A stretch of DNA of 64,000 nucleotides from Octopus sinensis (lineage: Eukaryota): NCBI RefSeq assembly GCF_006345805.1, contig NC_043004.1:9300001-9364000 (forward strand), in the 5' to 3' direction. The notes beneath the pieces were generated by a model. The model was not told the origin of the DNA, did no database searches, and saw nothing but the letters and a program-made list of their open reading frames with translations. Position 1 is the stretch's first letter, and every line of letters starts with the position of its first letter. A program made the translations under genes and the position numbers. This document shows positions 62,490-64,000 of this stretch, piece after piece.

Positions 62490-62640
62490 GGTGGCGATCT
62501 GCCAGAATCCTTATCAAGTCGGACAGAATGCTGGGCGGCGTTGCTTTCAGCTCTTGCGCTCTGAGCTCAAATCAGGCTGAGGTCAATTAGCTTTTCATGA
62601 ACTGGAGTCGATGTACTCAACTTGCCATCCTCCCCTCAAA
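62490..62640 (+). mobile_element. Old SINE family A copy
   Basis: ggtggcgatctgccagaat..ctctgagctcaaatcaggctgaggtcaa. Confidence 0.45.
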
Positions 62641-63295
62641 AGCTGCCCTTGGACCCGGCTAAGGACCAGCGTCCCGTTTAGGGAGAATGTTGTGATCTCG
62701 ACCACTCATACGCCATAGAAACGGGTCACCGGCCTTCAGAGTCCTAGGGCTCAGGAAAAAAACCTTCTACTTTTATAGTTGAAATAATTATTTTCCCACA
62801 TAAAGCAGTGTCGTACCTTATGTAGAATTTCATTTGCCCATCTTAGCTTTGCAGACGAAGCTAGCTGACGAACGGTTTATTGAGCGATCAGAGGTTCGTA
62901 TCCAACTCTCAGCACTAGGCTTTATATATCTGTCCTAAGAAAATATTACCGCCCAGTAACCACTTAAAAATAAGGAGTTTGGAACACAAATTTCGAAGCC
63001 TTCTTTGCCGATAAAGATAAAAAAAAAGGAAGAAGTCTGGAAACTAAAAAAAAAAAACAGAAAAATAAAGATTTTAAAGAAATGAAGCGCGTGCACGAAA
63101 CTGGTACCAAGTCTTTGGTGTGGCGTTATATTCATTTCTAGTCGCATTTTTCAAAATCTCATTAGAAAAACCCTTCCGACCTCTTATTGGTGTTTACCAA
63201 GAGGAAATTCGATCTAAAATTTCATCAAGAAAGAAATTAGTTTCTCTTGAGATGTTTGCTCATTAGAACCAACGTTTTCATTAAGATTTACACAC

Positions 63296-63364
<69 letters not shown>

Positions 63365-64000
63365 TCTCCCCAACAGCACCATTCCTGTCCCAAACTGTTT
63401 GTCTCTCTGTTTGTCCCATCACGCTGTTAGGCCGCCGTCCATATACGACCATCAACCCCGTTGTCCGTTCAAATGGTAGTTTGGTGGATTGTATCGTTTT
63501 GCAAAGTAGAGGCGTTTCTTTTTCTTTCTTTTTCTTTCTTTTTCTTTGTTTTCTGTTCCGTATTCAAACACACAGTAATTACACACACGCATATAAGCAT
63601 ACACCTACACAGACAAGGTAGCATGCTGATATATACACACATATCCACACTACCACATCACTCGTTCTTCCTGTTTTTACCTCTCATTCGCGGATTATCC
63701 TTTTCTTTTCTCTCGTTTTGTTTATATTCCTTCTTCTTCCCACTCCACACAATTATAGGAACGAACACAGATGCGCGCGCGTGCGTATGATAATAGAAGG
63801 ACAGGGGTGGGGGTGGGGGGGCTAAAATTGAAAACATGAATGTTATTAAAATAAAAACTCTACAAACACACGCACACACACACACAAATAAACACAAACA
63901 CACACACATACATATACAAACATGCACACTCATATATGTATGTATATATATATTTACATACACACGGACACAAATATATACATATAAATACATAAATGTA

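Noticed and set aside
62645-62765. Possible RTE 5' UTR fragment
   Set aside because: Resemblance is from memory only, with no second copy in the window to confirm it.

Overview
This is 64 kb of AT-rich, microsatellite-dense eukaryotic DNA. The SINE families and repeat landscape point to an octopus/cephalopod genome (inference, not checked by search). I recognise no host protein-coding exon, rRNA or true tRNA gene, and most ORFs in the track are translations of (TA)n/(CA)n/(TTA)n/(TTC)n repeats. The window is mostly transposon remains: three tRNA-derived SINE families (here A, B, C), RTE, Dong/R4-like (RLE) and CR1-like LINE fragments, one Penelope-like element (PLE) with a GIY-YIG endonuclease, two mariner families (one copy full length), a Tigger/pogo element, a Chapaev-like remnant and two non-autonomous Helitron-like elements. 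The most striking unannotated signal is a set of minimal type I hammerhead-ribozyme motifs in four sequence-distinct families (7 copies). They sit in PLE-type tails beside microsatellites, intact copies have a palindromic stem III (dimer-cleavage architecture), and some carry variant catalytic cores. Other highlights: RTE LINEs with 2-3 tandem C-terminal C2H2 fingers, a probable 5'-inverted (twin-primed) RTE insertion, two sister tRNA-Arg SINEs with swapped tails and clear TSDs, several long palindromes, and a 24-bp minisatellite with one open frame. All alignments and folds were done by eye. Boundaries are approximate unless a TSD/TIR is quoted, and irregular (TA)n tracts suggest some indels may be assembly errors.
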